Of a stretch of DNA of 64,000 nucleotides, positions 25,795 through 39,070 are shown in pieces. The notes beneath the pieces were generated by a model that saw nothing but the letters and a program-made list of their open reading frames with translations, did no database searches and was not told where the DNA came from. This stretch comes from Felis catus (taxonomy: Eukaryota). Every line of letters starts with the position of its first letter. The first letter of the stretch is position 1. The DNA lies in the NCBI RefSeq assembly GCF_018350175.1, contig NC_058368.1, positions 65,598,001 to 65,662,000 of the forward strand, given 5' to 3'. The position numbers and the translations under genes were made by a program.

Positions 25795-26490
25795 TAAATC
25801 ATTGGGCGTCATAAAATTTATGGGTTGCATGATAGATTTTCATCAATAGTTTTTCACTACCTTTGCTTATAGTAGGTATTTTCTTCACATTTTCAACAGG
25901 GAGGGAATAAAAGTTTTGGATGATAAAATAATTTCTGCTGAGTCAACCATCAGATGATCTATTGTATTCACAAGTAAGATGACAGAAAGTTATTGATTCT
26001 CTGGTGTCACTTTTATACTACTTTTCAAAAAAATATGAACTAAGAGCTTTTTTTTTTTCATGTTCTAATTTTACCTGCACTATAATCCTACAAAGTTGGC
26101 ATTATCACAGTCATTTTGGCATCAGAATAATTGAGACTTGAAGTTAGAGCTAGGCCAAAACCCTCAGTCAGAATCTGCATCTGGGGCTACATTCACTGGT
26201 TCATAGCTCTCTAGGATATTTGCTGTTTCTTCATCATGCATGTGGTCCAGTTCATTAAAAGAGGATGAGAAGATGCCTGTCGACTTTCAAGTCCCTTAAG
26301 GGCTTTTCTGTGTACTCTGAAGGGATTGGGGGTGGGTGGGGCAGTATGGATGAGTCTTCTCTGTCTGTAGTGCAGAAGGCTGCCTAACTCATGATTCAGA
26401 ACCATAATGGGTACGCTATTTCACATGAGAAATCTAGAAGATTCTAGGAGGAAACATAAAACAAATGAGGCCTTGAGAGTGGCATTTTAC

Positions 26491-26678
26491 GAGTGGTTCT
26501 CAAAATATGGTTCCAGGGTCATCAGCATCAACATCATTAGTGAACTTAGAAATGCCAGTTCTTGGGCCCCACCCCAGCCAGACTTACTAAATCAGATGCT
26601 CTGGAGGTTAAGTCCCGGTGGTGTGTGTTTTATCAAGCCCACCTGACTTAAATTCAGGTGACAGTTTGAGAACCACTG
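26491..26678 (+). mobile_element. MER5A-like hAT-Charlie MITE
   Basis: TIRs AGTGGTTCTCAAA ... TTTGAGAACCACTG; internal GGGCCCCACCCCAG. Confidence 0.88.
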
Positions 26679-27154
26679 CCGTATGTTCCTAGGCTTCAGA
26701 GTATTGAGAAACTCACCATTATTTCACAGAGAAATAAAAAGTGTAGAAAGATATAAATTCTAAGAGGTAGTAAATCTAATTGGTTTGTGAAGATTAGTGC
26801 AATAGACAGTCTTTTGTATTTAGTCTTTCAGAAGGAACGTTTAGATCTCAATAAAAGCTTTGTTAAGCTAGAGCTTTTTATTTTCAGAACAGTTTTCCTC
26901 TATGCTGAGCTATGAGACCTCAAAAAAGTTTTTTGCTCTTCCTTTTATGTTAAATTCCTTATATCTCATGACGATAGAGGGAAAACTAAATTGTGCATGG
27001 AACCTTGTAAAAGAAAGCTCACCACGTTCAAGAGATGGCAGGTCACTGAAGAAGAAATTGTCCTGGGTGCCCAGCAGGTCAGAGTCAGATGCTACTCGAG
27101 GTGGTGGAGGAGGCAGAGGAAAAGGTTAGAGTATTTTTGAGTCATAATAGAAAG

Positions 27155-27370
27155 ACTGTTGAATGAAGTCAATAGCTATTTCTTGGGTATTGTATTGAGT
27201 GTTCTATGCCATTGGATTTTCTAGGCATTTCAGATATTAGTAAAAAAAAATAGACAAAGATCACTGTTCTGGTAGGTTATGTTATATTCAGGAAGACAGA
27301 TTGTATTCAGTAAATCTTATATATAAGTAAATTATAAAATATTTTAGAAATCGATGATGTTGGAGAAATT
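27155..27370 (+). mobile_element. L2 3' relic
   Basis: TATTGAGTGTTCTATGCC...TAGACAAAGATCACTGTTCT pattern. Confidence 0.5.
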
Positions 27371-27408
27371 AAAAAAAAAGACCCATTAAAAAGCCCTTTA
27401 GGCTCTTA

Positions 27409-27527
27409 GGGTTCGTGAGATTGAGCCCCACGTCTGGCTCAGTGATGACAGTGTGGAGCCTGTTTGGGATTCTGTCTCTCTCCCTCTGTCTCTTTCTCTC
27501 TACAAATAAATAAACTTAAAAAAAAAA
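27409..27527 (+). mobile_element. 5'-truncated CanSINE
   Basis: Starts at GGTTCGTGAGATTGAGCCCC; CT tract and A-tail present. Confidence 0.85.
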
Positions 27528-28334
27528 CTTTAAAGGGGATATAGTGTTGCAATCCCAACTAGACATGTTCTGGATCATGTGCTAAGTCACCATGAGGCAG
27601 ATCCTCCTTCAACAGAATGCATTTAGCAGTTGTTACCAGTGAATGTATTTGTAGAGGGTGTGATGGCTCCCCACTTACCAGTATTTCCCAATCCTGATGG
27701 AGTTTCACACTGGAAAAAAGTAAAAAAAAAAAGAAAACCCAAATTTAAATTTTCTTTTAATGGCAATGGAGCTGTTACAAAGAAGGAGTTTTTAAACGAA
27801 GTAAGTAGACAATAACAACAAAAACAAAAATTAAACAGATGCCCAAGAAAGCTTGTAAAGGGATGAAATGAGAGAATCCATGGGTCAGACAGGGTTAAAT
27901 TGAGTAGTCTAGATCTAGTTCGTTAACGGTTTACAGTCAGATGCCTGCTTTATGTGATTTCTGGCTCCTGCTGCAAAAACGTGGCTGGGTTTTAACAGGA
28001 ACTTCCTTTTCCCAACACACCTACAGAAACTAATAGAGGCTGAACAGTAACTTTCAAAATGTTTTCCATTCTTTGCCATTCCTCCCTTTGCTCATTCCTT
28101 TCTCTTGCTAACTGTGGGAATTAAACTTGATTTACTGATGTGTGATCCATGGTTCTTTAAGGTACAGATGTCCTAATCTAACAGGATTGAGTTCAGGGGC
28201 ATGGATCTCCATGATGTATCTTTTTAAGAAATGGGCATTAATGCATCAATTGCCAAGAATACTGTTTTTATGAGAGATGTTTTGAATGACATATGTTCAA
28301 GGATCATAGGATACTTGTGGATGTTTTTTAAGTT

Positions 28335-29140
28335 TTTTTTTTAAATAGATTTTTGATATGTAATTTGCATACTGTTACAGGTTGGATTATGTTCGCCTCA
28401 AAGATGCTGAAGTCCTAATCCCCACTATACCTCAGAATGTGACCTTAATTGACACCATGATGGTTGCAGGTGTGATGAGTTAAGATGAGGAATTGATCTT
28501 AATATTAATTATTAATTCCAATATTAAGATATTGGAATAGGGTGGGCCCCTATCTTATAGGATTAGTATCTTTATAAGAAGAAGTAGAGACACACGGGGA
28601 AAAGTGATCTTGTGACAATGGAAGTAGAGATTGGAGTGGTACATCTCCTAGCGAGGAATGGCAAGGATGCCAGCAAATGCCAGAAGCTAGAAGGCATGGG
28701 GGGATGATCCTTTGTAGATTTCATAGGAAACATGGTTTTGCTGACACCTTGATTTTGGACATCTAGCCTCTAGAAATGTGAGGCCATAAATTTCTGTTGT
28801 TTTAAGCCACCCAGACTGTGGTACTTTATTATGGCAGCCCCAGGAAACTAATACACATACTATAAAATTCAACAGTTGAAGCACAGAATTCATTGATTTT
28901 TAGTGATATACAAAGTTGCGCAACCTGAGCCCAGTTGAGTTTTAGAACCTGTTCATTACCCCAGAAAGTTCCTCGCATTGGTTTGCCATGCCCCAGGCAA
29001 CTACTAATCTGCTTTCTGTCCCCATAGATTTGGCTGTTATGAACATTTCATATTAACAAAATCATCAAACATACAGATTTTTGCATCTGGTTTCTTTCAA
29101 TTAGAATAATGTTTTGGGAGTTCATCCATGTGATACAGGG
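28335..29140 (-). mobile_element. Old L1M 3' end interrupted by an MLT1 LTR
   Basis: TAATTTGCATAC|TATAAAATTCA reads through when the LTR is removed; TTTTAGAAC..TTCATTACCCCAGAAAG motif. Confidence 0.72.
28373..28855 (+). mobile_element. MLT1C-like solo LTR
   Basis: TG...CA termini (TGTTACAGGTTG ... GGAAACTAATACA); 5-bp TSD CATAC. Confidence 0.92.
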
Positions 29141-29354
29141 TTTTTTTGCTTGTTTGTTTTCGTTTTTGTTTTTGTGGCCTTAATTTCCCCGAAGACAATC
29201 TACATGTAATGACAAACCCTGGGATGTGCCTAATATACTCTTTTGGCCAAACAAGAAAGTGTTGGAAGGGAACGTGAATTGTCATTGTTACAGGACTTTA
29301 AACTCTATTGATGGGATATCTAAGGAGATGTTGTTCCATGACTTTGTTTAATTT

Positions 29355-29533
29355 GGTGGATCTCAAACTTGAGCATGTATGGGAATCACTCGGAGGACCG
29401 GTTAAAATGTCAATTGTAGAGTCCCTTCTCCAGTTTCTGATTCGTTGGGCCTGTGCTGGGCCCGGGAACGTGCATCCTTAACCAGTTCCCAGATGCTGCT
29501 GCTGGGCCACGGAGCATCCTTTGAGGATCACGG
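29355..29533 (-). mobile_element. MER5-family hAT-Charlie MITE
   Basis: TCTCAAACTTGAGCATG...GAATCAC...GTTTCTGATTC...TTTGAGGATCAC. Confidence 0.8.
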
Positions 29534-30270
29534 CTTTAACCAGAGGCCACATTTAGTGGTGTTAGGGCTCTTTTCTTTTCCATTGCTGTCAATTCCTGCC
29601 TTCTTCTCGGTGACTTATAATAAGTAGGAGAGATTACTGTTTCTTAACCCGGAGTGGCCTCTAGTCCACATACATCTTTGAAAGCTCCATTTAAGTTTTG
29701 ATAACTATTATCCATGCCTTCTGTGGAATATTGCATCTCCTGAGAGCTTTTGGTTTGCAGGATAAAATTTAAAAATCAATCAGCTTAATGTCATCTCTGT
29801 GCTGCATGCCTTCTTGAGATCATAGTCACTTGCCCTATTTTAGAGAAGTCTCAGATCTACAAAGCTGCTGAGAATTGCTACCAATTTTTTTCTTCTTTTT
29901 TCAACCAGCAAGCTAGATTGAGGCTCAGTTGCTTAAATGCACACAGATTGGTCAAAGTCTCCAGTGAATCAGTAATAAATGACATTTTCTTGGAATCATA
30001 GGCATGCCATTAACTTACTTTTGCTTCTGTGTGTTTTTCCCCCTTTATCTCTAGTCTAACTAGGAAAACAATCTGAATTATATTGTCTCTTCCATTTAGT
30101 GTGTGATCTCATAGCTGCTACTGTAGATCTGTTGTTATAGTAAGAGTAAATACTTAAACTCAATAATACTAGTTAAAAGCATGTTACAATGAAAACAGGT
30201 CATTTGTTCGGTGGTAGGTCCAAATTTTGTGAGGTCTGAAGCATATATAAAAGGAGAGGGAAGGGCATCC

Positions 30271-30706
30271 TTTTTTTTTAAATATATGAAATTTATTGTC
30301 AAATTGGTTTCCATACAACACCCAGGGCTCATCCCAATAGGTGCCCTCCTCAATACCCATCACCCCCCTTCCCCTCCCTCCCACCCCCCATAAACCCTCA
30401 GTTTGTTCTCAGTTTTTAAGAGTCTCTTATGCTTTGGCTCTCTCCCACTCTAACCTTCTTTTTTTTTTCCCTTCCCCTCCCCCATGGGTTTCTGTTAAGT
30501 TTCTCAGGATCCACATAAGGGTGAAAACATATGGTATCTCTCTTTCTCTGTATGACTTATTTCACTTAACATAACACTCTCCAGTTCCATTCACGTTGCT
30601 ACAAAGGGCCATATTTCATTCTTTCTCATTGCCATGTAGTACTCCATTGTGTGTATAAACCACAATTTCTTTATCCATTCATCAGTTGATGGAAATTTAG
30701 GCTCTT
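30271..30706 (-). mobile_element. Young felid L1, 5'-truncated (ORF2 end and 3' UTR)
   Basis: Poly(T), GAAATTTATTGTCAAATTGGTTTCCATACAACACCCAG terminus; TSD GGGCATCCTTTTT. Confidence 0.94.
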
Positions 30707-32170
30707 AGGGGCATCCTTTTTTAAATGATAAGCATACAGAAGAATTTTATATTTTATAAAAAATATACAATTTCATATTAAGTGGATATTTATAGTGAAT
30801 AAAGTAATCGTAACATTAAAGACAAAGTTCACACAATCTGCAGAAATTACTTTTATTTATTACCTGCCTAACATACCTGTGTCCTTTGTCCTATCTTTAC
30901 AGTTTAGGGCTGTATACTCTTTGATGGTACCTGCCTCTGGAGTGGAGTTTATAATATTTCTTTACAAAGAATGGGAAGTAAATACTGTCTTTTCTCTAGC
31001 TTGGTTGATTGAAATTGGTCATGTATTACTGAAAGTTCAGCAAAATTTGTTTCTGCTTCACACGTCACCATCGATAATGTTAACAGTAAGACCCAATGCA
31101 TCGAGGTAAAACAAAACGCCCAACCTCACCTACTAGCGCTCGCTTTTTAAAATAGGGCTGCTACTGGTTTAGGCCTGAAAAACACAAATCCAACTAAACT
31201 GAGTTTTATGTAATTCCCCCCAAGGAAGGAAAGATGTATCATGCCTTGATTATTGTGTACATTACATTATCGAGTATATTTCATACAGGTGAGATTTTTT
31301 TTACTGGACATCATTAAGAACCAAATCCTCCATTTACAATTTTATACTATATCTCATGATTGGATAAGTTTTCTACAGAAGCTCTTTAACTCCATGTGTT
31401 TGAATCACTTTTTCCTTTCCTCAGCTACCATAAACTTCTTTGCAGGGCACTACAGGACATGTTTTGATGGTGGCAGGATCTGTAGCCTGGTTTCTTTCAC
31501 ATCCTGAGTCCAGTGGGCTGGTGGGATTCTGGGACGCCATTACTATACTAGCAATAACTTAACTTTATACAGAAATTATGGAAGCTTCAGAAACGTATCT
31601 TACTGAACCCAAATCACAAATATTTCCAAGTCAACTCTATCTTACTTACACTCCAAAAATTCCTACAGGCTCTCTAAGGTTATCTTGACATAAAGGAAAA
31701 CATTCTTTTTTAATTTCTCCCTTTTTTTGAAAGTTTACGAAAACACATGGCTATGTGAGCATATGGCTGTGGCCCAACTAGTACCCAACTAGTGAGTCTC
31801 TATTAAGGCTCAAGTACACTGACTTCATGGGAATTCCAACTCTACCTTTGCTATGAAAACTAGCTCTGGAGTATGCTGTAGAAGAGAGAGAGTTAGAGAG
31901 AGGAGAAAAAGATTTTTCAGTGGGAGAAATAATGCATATTAACTATGAGAGTAGAGTTGATTCTTATTTATTTTATAGACTTGTCCTGACTAGACTTGAA
32001 ATGACAATCAGAGATGTAGAGCTTCTGTGATTTTTTTTTTCTTTTTTAATGGGTATGTTTTTTAAGAATGACTGGGGAGGACTAGATGAGAAAAGGGACT
32101 TGATTAAGACCCTTGAGGCCGGTGATTAAGTTTCTTATCTGAAGAGGCAATTAAAATTGTTGAAAGCTTA

Positions 32171-32524
32171 TGTCTCAGTCAGATTGGGCTGCCATAACAA
32201 AATACCATAGACTAGGTGGCTCCAAAAAACAGAAATTGATTTTCTCACAGTCCTGGAGACTGCAAAGCCCAGGGTGAAGGTCTGGCAGGATTCGGTTTCT
32301 GGCAAGAGCTCTCTTCCTGGCTGCCTTCTCTCTGTGTCTTCTCATGGTCGAGAGAGATCTCTCCTCCTCTTCTTTTAAGACCACAATCCTATTGAATTAG
32401 GGCCCCATCCTTAGGACTCCATTTAACCTTAATTACCTCCCAAAGACCCCATTACCAACTACCATCACTTTGGGGTTGGAACTTCAACATAGGCATTTTG
32501 GGGGGATACGTTCAGTTCATAATG
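32171..32524 (-). mobile_element. MLT1A-like solo LTR
   Basis: GGGCTGCCATAACAAAATACCATAGACT...TTCAGTTCATAA; 5-bp TSD GCTTA. Confidence 0.92.
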
Positions 32525-32786
32525 GCTTAAGAGAAGAGACAGGGCATGATTGAAATGGTGACTTGGAAAGACAAGTGTATCTGCCTCAATGATAAATTGA
32601 AAGTCAGTGTCGGAGCTCCTGGCCCATACTTCTGCATTCTTACACACTTTACATTTTTTCACTATCTACAAGCCACTACAAAGCTTTCCCCAAAGTACTT
32701 TTATGTGTTTTTAAATGTTACTTTTCTTAGGCTCTAGAAATATTTTAGAAGATCTAAAAGTAAATGTTTTACCTTACTGATTTAAA

Positions 32787-32824
32787 TTTTTTTTCATTAA
32801 AAACAATTTTTTTAAATGTTTATT

Positions 32825-32868
<44 letters not shown>

Positions 32869-33058
32869 AGGGAGCGAGACAGGACATGTGTGGGGGAGGA
32901 GCAGAGAGAGAGAGGGTGACACAGAATCCAAAGCAGGCTCCTGGCTCTGAGCTATCAGCACAGAGCCTGACACAGGGCTCGAACCCACCAACCACGAGAT
33001 CATGACCTGAACTGAAATCAAGAGTCAGATGCTTAACCAGCTGAGCCACCCAGATACC
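32787..33058 (-). mobile_element. SINEC_Fc with long (GA)n
   Basis: Body and reverse head recognisable. Confidence 0.93.
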
Positions 33059-35312
33059 TCAGTTATCTTGCTGATTTTTGTCAATACTTCCCTATTAGAT
33101 GACCAACAAATTTTTCTTAAAGACTCTGTCCCAGTTGTATTTACCAATCAGAAAGAGAGCATGCAGTCACCTGAAGAATACATTATGCATGTGGCAGAAC
33201 TCACAATATTGTCATTATCTGGTTTTTTTTTAAGCCTGTGTTCATTTAACAGACACTCAGGAGCCCCTTTTATGTGCCAGGTGTTATGGATGCATCTGTT
33301 AGCAAAACAGACGAACGTCTATAGCTTTGTGGAGATTTACATCCCAGGATTATTTTTTTTCTGAAAGGAAACAAAACATTGTCATTCTATTCTTGGTTAG
33401 TGAACATTTATCTGGTGTTAAAATTAGTTTAGCCTTGGAATGAAATTTTTCGTTTATAATTAAATGTAAGTTAGATTTTAGCTCCTATTCATAGTCAAGT
33501 CAGAGTGGCTTTAAGTTACAACAATAATCTGCATTTAAATAGAAATCCTTCCTGCCAGCATCTATGGCATAGCATGAAAATATCATTTTTACAAAGGGTA
33601 TTGTTCTGAATATATAACTTACTATATAATTAAATGTAAAAGTGTTTTAGATTTTTATATCACTTAAAGAAGCAAGAGGATTTTTCACATTAACCCTACT
33701 GAGCTTTTTGAACAAGAAAAATTGCCATTTTGAGTCCTTACAATTGCTTTCTGAAGTTTTAATTCCTAAAAGATGTATTCTGCAAGATACTGAAGGTCAC
33801 ACTATGTAGTAATGAGACTGAATTCCAAGTCCGTACAGCGAGGTCATGCTTCATATGGATATCAATACTTAGGGTCGACATTTCACAAAAGCAGACTGCG
33901 TTATGCCTGTACACACTGGGAATACCTCATTCTCCCTGAGATACTTTTTCTCTAAGTATTGCAATTGCTGCCCCTTTTAATAGATGAGAACATTGAGATC
34001 AGAAAAGCATGACTTCTGTCAATTTTATTCCTAATAAGTATCAAAGTCAGCATTAGGATTAGCTCCATAAATAGTTTTATTAACAAAAGCAACTTAATGT
34101 ATAATAAAAACAAAAATGTCAGTGGTCAGGCAGAAATAAAGAAGATAGTTCTGTTAAAAATACGTGTCAGGAGAGAGCCATAGCATCTGGTTCTCTAACT
34201 TCCTATGTATGTGTCCCTAGAAGCCTGGAAAAAGAAGGATGTATTGAGGATAATAGGCATATCAATTCATGAGGGGAGGTATGACTTTGGTAGAAAGTAT
34301 TATGAAATGAAACTAAGAGAGAGCATTTTGATTTGCAATGTTTACCACCACTACCCCAATGCATGTTTTTACATAAGGTATCAGTGGATGTCAAGGACTT
34401 AATACTACATTGATGTTTAAGTAAGTTTTCTGGGTGTTGAGAGAGGGCTTCTGGTGTCTGTAGCTTTCTGATTATCTGCAGGTCAAGAATAATGATTAGT
34501 GTCGTGTTTTAGAAGGACTCTCATTGTTGCTTTGAGTTTTAAATAACAAAATATAAGTGACAGTCTTTTGCCCATAACAAGGGCAATGCAAATGTTAATT
34601 ACCATTATTTCTCTCAGTGTCATATTTGCTTAAATTGCTTCATCCTAAACTGAGGTTGTTGTAAAATGGAGCGGGCATCCAAGATGTCACAGATGTCAGA
34701 AAACAAACAGAGAAACGAACTGGGGGCCTTACAGCATGCTCCCCAAACGTTCAGACTTAAGGGATCAATAAACTTCCATATCAAAATTTGGAAACTGGCA
34801 CAGGGCTGCCCATTTTTTAAATTTTGTGAAAAAAATACTTTTTCGAAAAGGCTACAACATTGATTGTCAACTCCCCTTTCATGGAAAGGACAGAATCTCA
34901 GACTAAAGAACAGACCTTTCCATTGAACGTATTTAGCTTGATTAAATACTTGTTGTATTTGTCTTTATTTTTCTCATTTCGCACAAGGCCGCCAAGCACT
35001 TCGGCATGAGTCGACAGTTCTGGTATTTGGGAACTTCTGCTGTCACCCATAGGTGCTCCTGTCTCAGAGCAGCTCCCTCTAGGTCACGTTTACCTTGGAA
35101 CAGAGCTGTGTTATTGTGGATTGGGTGCCAGGCAGGTGGAGGCTCAGTCTACTGTGCCAGGAACAGTGGAAGTCAAAGCTGTTGTCAACCCTTCTAGATA
35201 GGTAGCCCACTTTTCCATAGTGGAGGCCTCAAGCATACATCCAGGTAGGGCTTTGCCTTTTCCCTTGGGAAGTATTTCGGAATTTGCTCAGATGTTCAAA
35301 AAAGAGCCCAGA

Positions 35313-36028
35313 ATAGAACTACCTGACAATCTAGCAATTACACTACCAAAGACTTTAAACAAAGGATAAAAAAGTGCTCATGTGAAGGGGCACATGCAGC
35401 CTAATGTTTATAGCAGTGTTATCAACAGTAGCCAAATTATGGAAAGAGCCCAAATGTCCAATGGTTGATGAATGGATAAAGAAGATGTGGTATTTATATA
35501 CAATGGAATACTGCCTGGCGATGAAAAAGAATGAAGTCTTGCCGTTGGCAACAACGTGGATGGAACTAGAGGGTATTATGCTAAGCGAAATAAGTCAGAA
35601 AAAGACAAATATCATATGATTTCACTCATAGGTGGAATTTGCGAAACTCAGCAGATGAACATAGAGGAAGGGAAGGAAAAATAAGATAAAAAGAGAGAGA
35701 GAGGCAAAGCATAAGAGACTCTTAACTACAGAGAACAAACTGAGGGTTGCCGGGGGGGGGGGTGGTAAGTAAGGGGGATGGGTTAAATGGGCAACGGGCA
35801 TTAAAGAGGGCACTTTTCAGAATGAGCACTGGGTGTCATATGTAAGATATGAACCATTGGGTTCTCTTCCTGGAGCCAAGACGAACTACACTGTATGTTA
35901 ACTAACCTGAATTTAAATAAAAAAAAACACTATAGAAATTTCAAATCCCTCTGCTGTATACCTGAAATTAATGTAACTTTGTATGTCAACTAAACTTCAA
36001 CAATAAAAATTAAAAAATAAATTATCCA

Positions 36029-36067
<39 letters not shown>

Positions 36068-36091
36068 ATGCTAAAAGCAAACAAACAAAAG
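35313..36091 (+). mobile_element. 5'-truncated carnivore L1 (ORF2 C-terminus and 3' UTR) with extra 3' sequence
   Basis: ORF 35404-35619 MFIAVLSTVAKLWKEPKCP..DEWIKKMW..TMEY matches the L1 ORF2 C-terminus; 14-bp TSD AAAAAGAGCCCAGA (35299-35312 and 36092-36105). Confidence 0.95.
36028..36069. repeat. (AAAT)n tail repeat
   Basis: About 10 units. Confidence 0.95.
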
Positions 36092-36452
36092 AAAAAGAGC
36101 CCAGAGATCATAAACATGATGAAATTTTGTGACTCACTAACAGAGTCACACCGTAACAAATCCTTTATTTTATTGACTTGGGAAGGGCGCCCCAGCTACC
36201 TGAATGAGATAAATACCTTAGCTTATAAGGAGTGTCCCACTGATATAGTACTTCTGCCCCCAAACAAAGATTTTGTGGCTGATGTTCTGTTGATGTTTAG
36301 AACATAGGTATTAATTATCTAAACAACGAATGTGCAACACTAATACTGAGCTCTAAATTCTCTCTTCTTCTCCCTCCTGAGGCTCAGTCTTCTGTATCTG
36401 TTCCCTTCTGATTGGTTCTGACTTTGTTTTAAAGGTGCTTAAAGGTAATGCA

Positions 36453-36454
<2 letters not shown>

Positions 36455-36542
<88 letters not shown>
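36455..36542. repeat. (GT)n(GA)n compound microsatellite
   Basis: Directly visible. Confidence 0.97.
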
Positions 36543-36546
<4 letters not shown>

Positions 36547-36789
36547 AAACTGCCTTACTAATGCAGGATACCTTCTTTTTAATACTATAGGAATGATTGT
36601 AATAGTTAGAAGCTAAGAGACAAAAGGCTCAAATACAGTAGGAACCCCTATACCCTCTCACATTCCTGGGCCCAGTACTGAGCATTTTGGAGCTGATGTA
36701 GCAGCTCTGACATCTGCAATCTGTGCTCAACTTATTGCCATCTCTCAACCAGTGGAAGGAGAGAAAAAAGAGCAGGGGATAGCACCCCC

Positions 36790-36995
36790 CCAGTCCCCAG
36801 TCCTTTGAAAGGTATAGTGTAATGCAAGAGTGAGTGCATTGGTTCAAATTTCATTTGCCCAAATCTTAGTCACGTGACCACCACTGACTTGCAAAGGGTT
36901 GTGGGCAATGCAGTCTTGTGCTGGGCTGGCTCCTTGCTGAACTTCACAAGTTACAGTGTGAAAGGGGTAAATGAATATGATAGACCATGAATAGC
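36790..36995 (-). mobile_element. Old MLT1 LTR fragment
   Basis: TTTCATTTGCCCAAATCTTAGTCACGTGACCACCACTGACTTGCAAAGGG...GCAATGCAGTCTT. Confidence 0.65.
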
Positions 36996-37162
36996 CAATT
37001 CCCTTTCTTAGGAGTGAGTACTTATTGCCACTGATTATTTTGAGATGACAACAGTACCAAACAAATGGCATGGGTGGGGTGGGGGTAGAAACATTTTGAG
37101 CGGTGACACATTCAGTTTTCAGTGCTTTGATTTTAAATTGAAAATGACATGATATACTCAAG

Positions 37163-37520
37163 CAGCTGTTCTCAAAGTCTTCTGCAGGGAGCTTTGCAGG
37201 TTCCAGAGATCATTTTCAGAGATTGTGCAAGATCAAAGCTATTTTCATACTAATTGTAGGAAGTTCTTTGCTCCTTTTTATTCTCATTCTCTCATGAATG
37301 AGCAGTGGAGTTTTCTAGGGGCTTTGCCCTATGTGTGACTTCACTGCTCTGAAGGATAATAGAAAGTGTGCCTGTCTGTTCATCTATTTAAACACTTCTC
37401 AGTGGTAATCTCTAATACAATATAGTTTAGATTTTTTTTAAAGCTTTTGGGTTTTTGTTTTGTTTACAATTTTTAAGAATGTAAGGGGTCCTGTGACAAA
37501 AAAGCTTAAACATTGTGGTG
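37163..37520 (+). mobile_element. hAT-Charlie family relic
   Basis: CAGCTGTTCTCAAAGT end; GATCAAAGCTATTTTCATACTAAT and CTCATTCTCTCATGA...AGTGGAGTTTTCTAG motifs. Confidence 0.7.
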
Positions 37521-38869
37521 CTGAAGTATAATGCATTTTATCTTTAGACTTTAAAGCCCAACCTAATTCTTTAATAAGGCGTTTAGTTAAATACATGAAA
37601 TATCGTGAAACTATTTTTGATCTCAGAGTTTAGCACCTAAACTCTGAAAGAATGTGTTCCTGCTTCTAGGAAAACTTTTGTTGGTTTTACTTCCACTGTA
37701 TGATGTCATTTTGCCACTCAAAACCAAATCATGAATAGAAAATGGCAATTGCTTTCAGCATTTCTTCTCATAAAGGAAAAAATCGCTTTTTATCAGCAAG
37801 GTTAAAGGGTTACAGAGAAGTTTATGATATTAGTGTTCATTCACTCTACCTGGTGTGTGTTGTGGGGGAGAAAAAACCCCACTTTGATGTTCTACAATGA
37901 CAGCTAACTTGAGAATTTCTCCACATTTGCTCAGCCTGACAAAAAGAAGCCATTCAGTTAGACATAAAGAGGCTGCCTTTTCATTTTGCCCCAGCATTTC
38001 AGCCCATCAACCGTGTTTTAAATGCTAAAATTATACAGCTAAGTACTTTCTGAGAGATTTGAGAATTGTTCCTTCTCTTAGAAAAAGTATAATAAGTAAA
38101 TTTTGACTTTGGCTTTGCTGTCCCTAACATTACTGTACTTTATTATTTTTGGTTTCCTTCTAAAGAAAAGTATGAAACCTTTGGTTAAGAAATACAGATG
38201 TACCCGTTACTTTACAAGACCTTGAGAGAGCACTTGCGAATGATTTTTTGTATCTAAATTAGGGGAGGCAAAGAAATTTGGACAGGCACTGGGGATTGGA
38301 CAGTCTTAAGGCGTCTTAGCAGTTCACTTTAGAATGAAGAGCTGAGAAACACTATATTATTCACTCTAGGAAAAGAAATGCCCTTCTCTTGCTATTATAT
38401 CAGATTCTCAGACACAAACATGACCAATATAGGATGCATATTTTTGTCTTCAGTTTTCCTTATTTCTTCCTCTGTCTCATCTAATTACAGTATTGCCAAA
38501 CCATAGGAACAAGAACATTTGGAAATTTCCAGAACCTTACCACAATAAAGCATGAATTTTATAATTTACATATTGCGCTGAAATCTTCTGTGCTACGACG
38601 TGACAGCGTCTTTTCATTCAGACAGAATTTACCAGTACTGAATATTAGGCATTTTGTGAAATAGATATTTGTTTGTGTGCACATTTCATGGTGACATTTT
38701 TGGGGTTTGGATTCAGAGATTCAGAGATTAATTTGCTTTTCATAATGTGATTAGTGGATGACGGGGTCGGGGGGTGCTCGAGACAGAATCGGACTCCTGG
38801 ACTGTAGACTTGATTCCCTACAAGGCAGCTGAGTGTATTGAATAAGAAATTTAAGTGCTTGTGCCTTAC

Positions 38870-39070
38870 TTTGTTACCTTTGACTTTCTAGCTGTGCAGT
38901 CTGGGCAAGTGACTTCTGTCTATGTCTCAGTTTTATCATCTACAAAGTGGGGATACTATCATTCTTACATCACAAGGCTATTGGATGGATTATAAGAACT
39001 AGTTTACATAAAATTCATTGAACAGTTCTTGTCTCATAAGCACTATCAACATGTTACTGCTATTATTATG
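38870..39070 (+). mobile_element. MIR
   Basis: CTAGCTGTG..CTGGGCAAGTGACTT..TCTCAGTTTTATCATCTACAAAGTGGGGATA. Confidence 0.8.

Noticed and set aside
35404..35619. 71-aa ORF as a host gene
   Set aside because: L1 ORF2 C-terminal remnant
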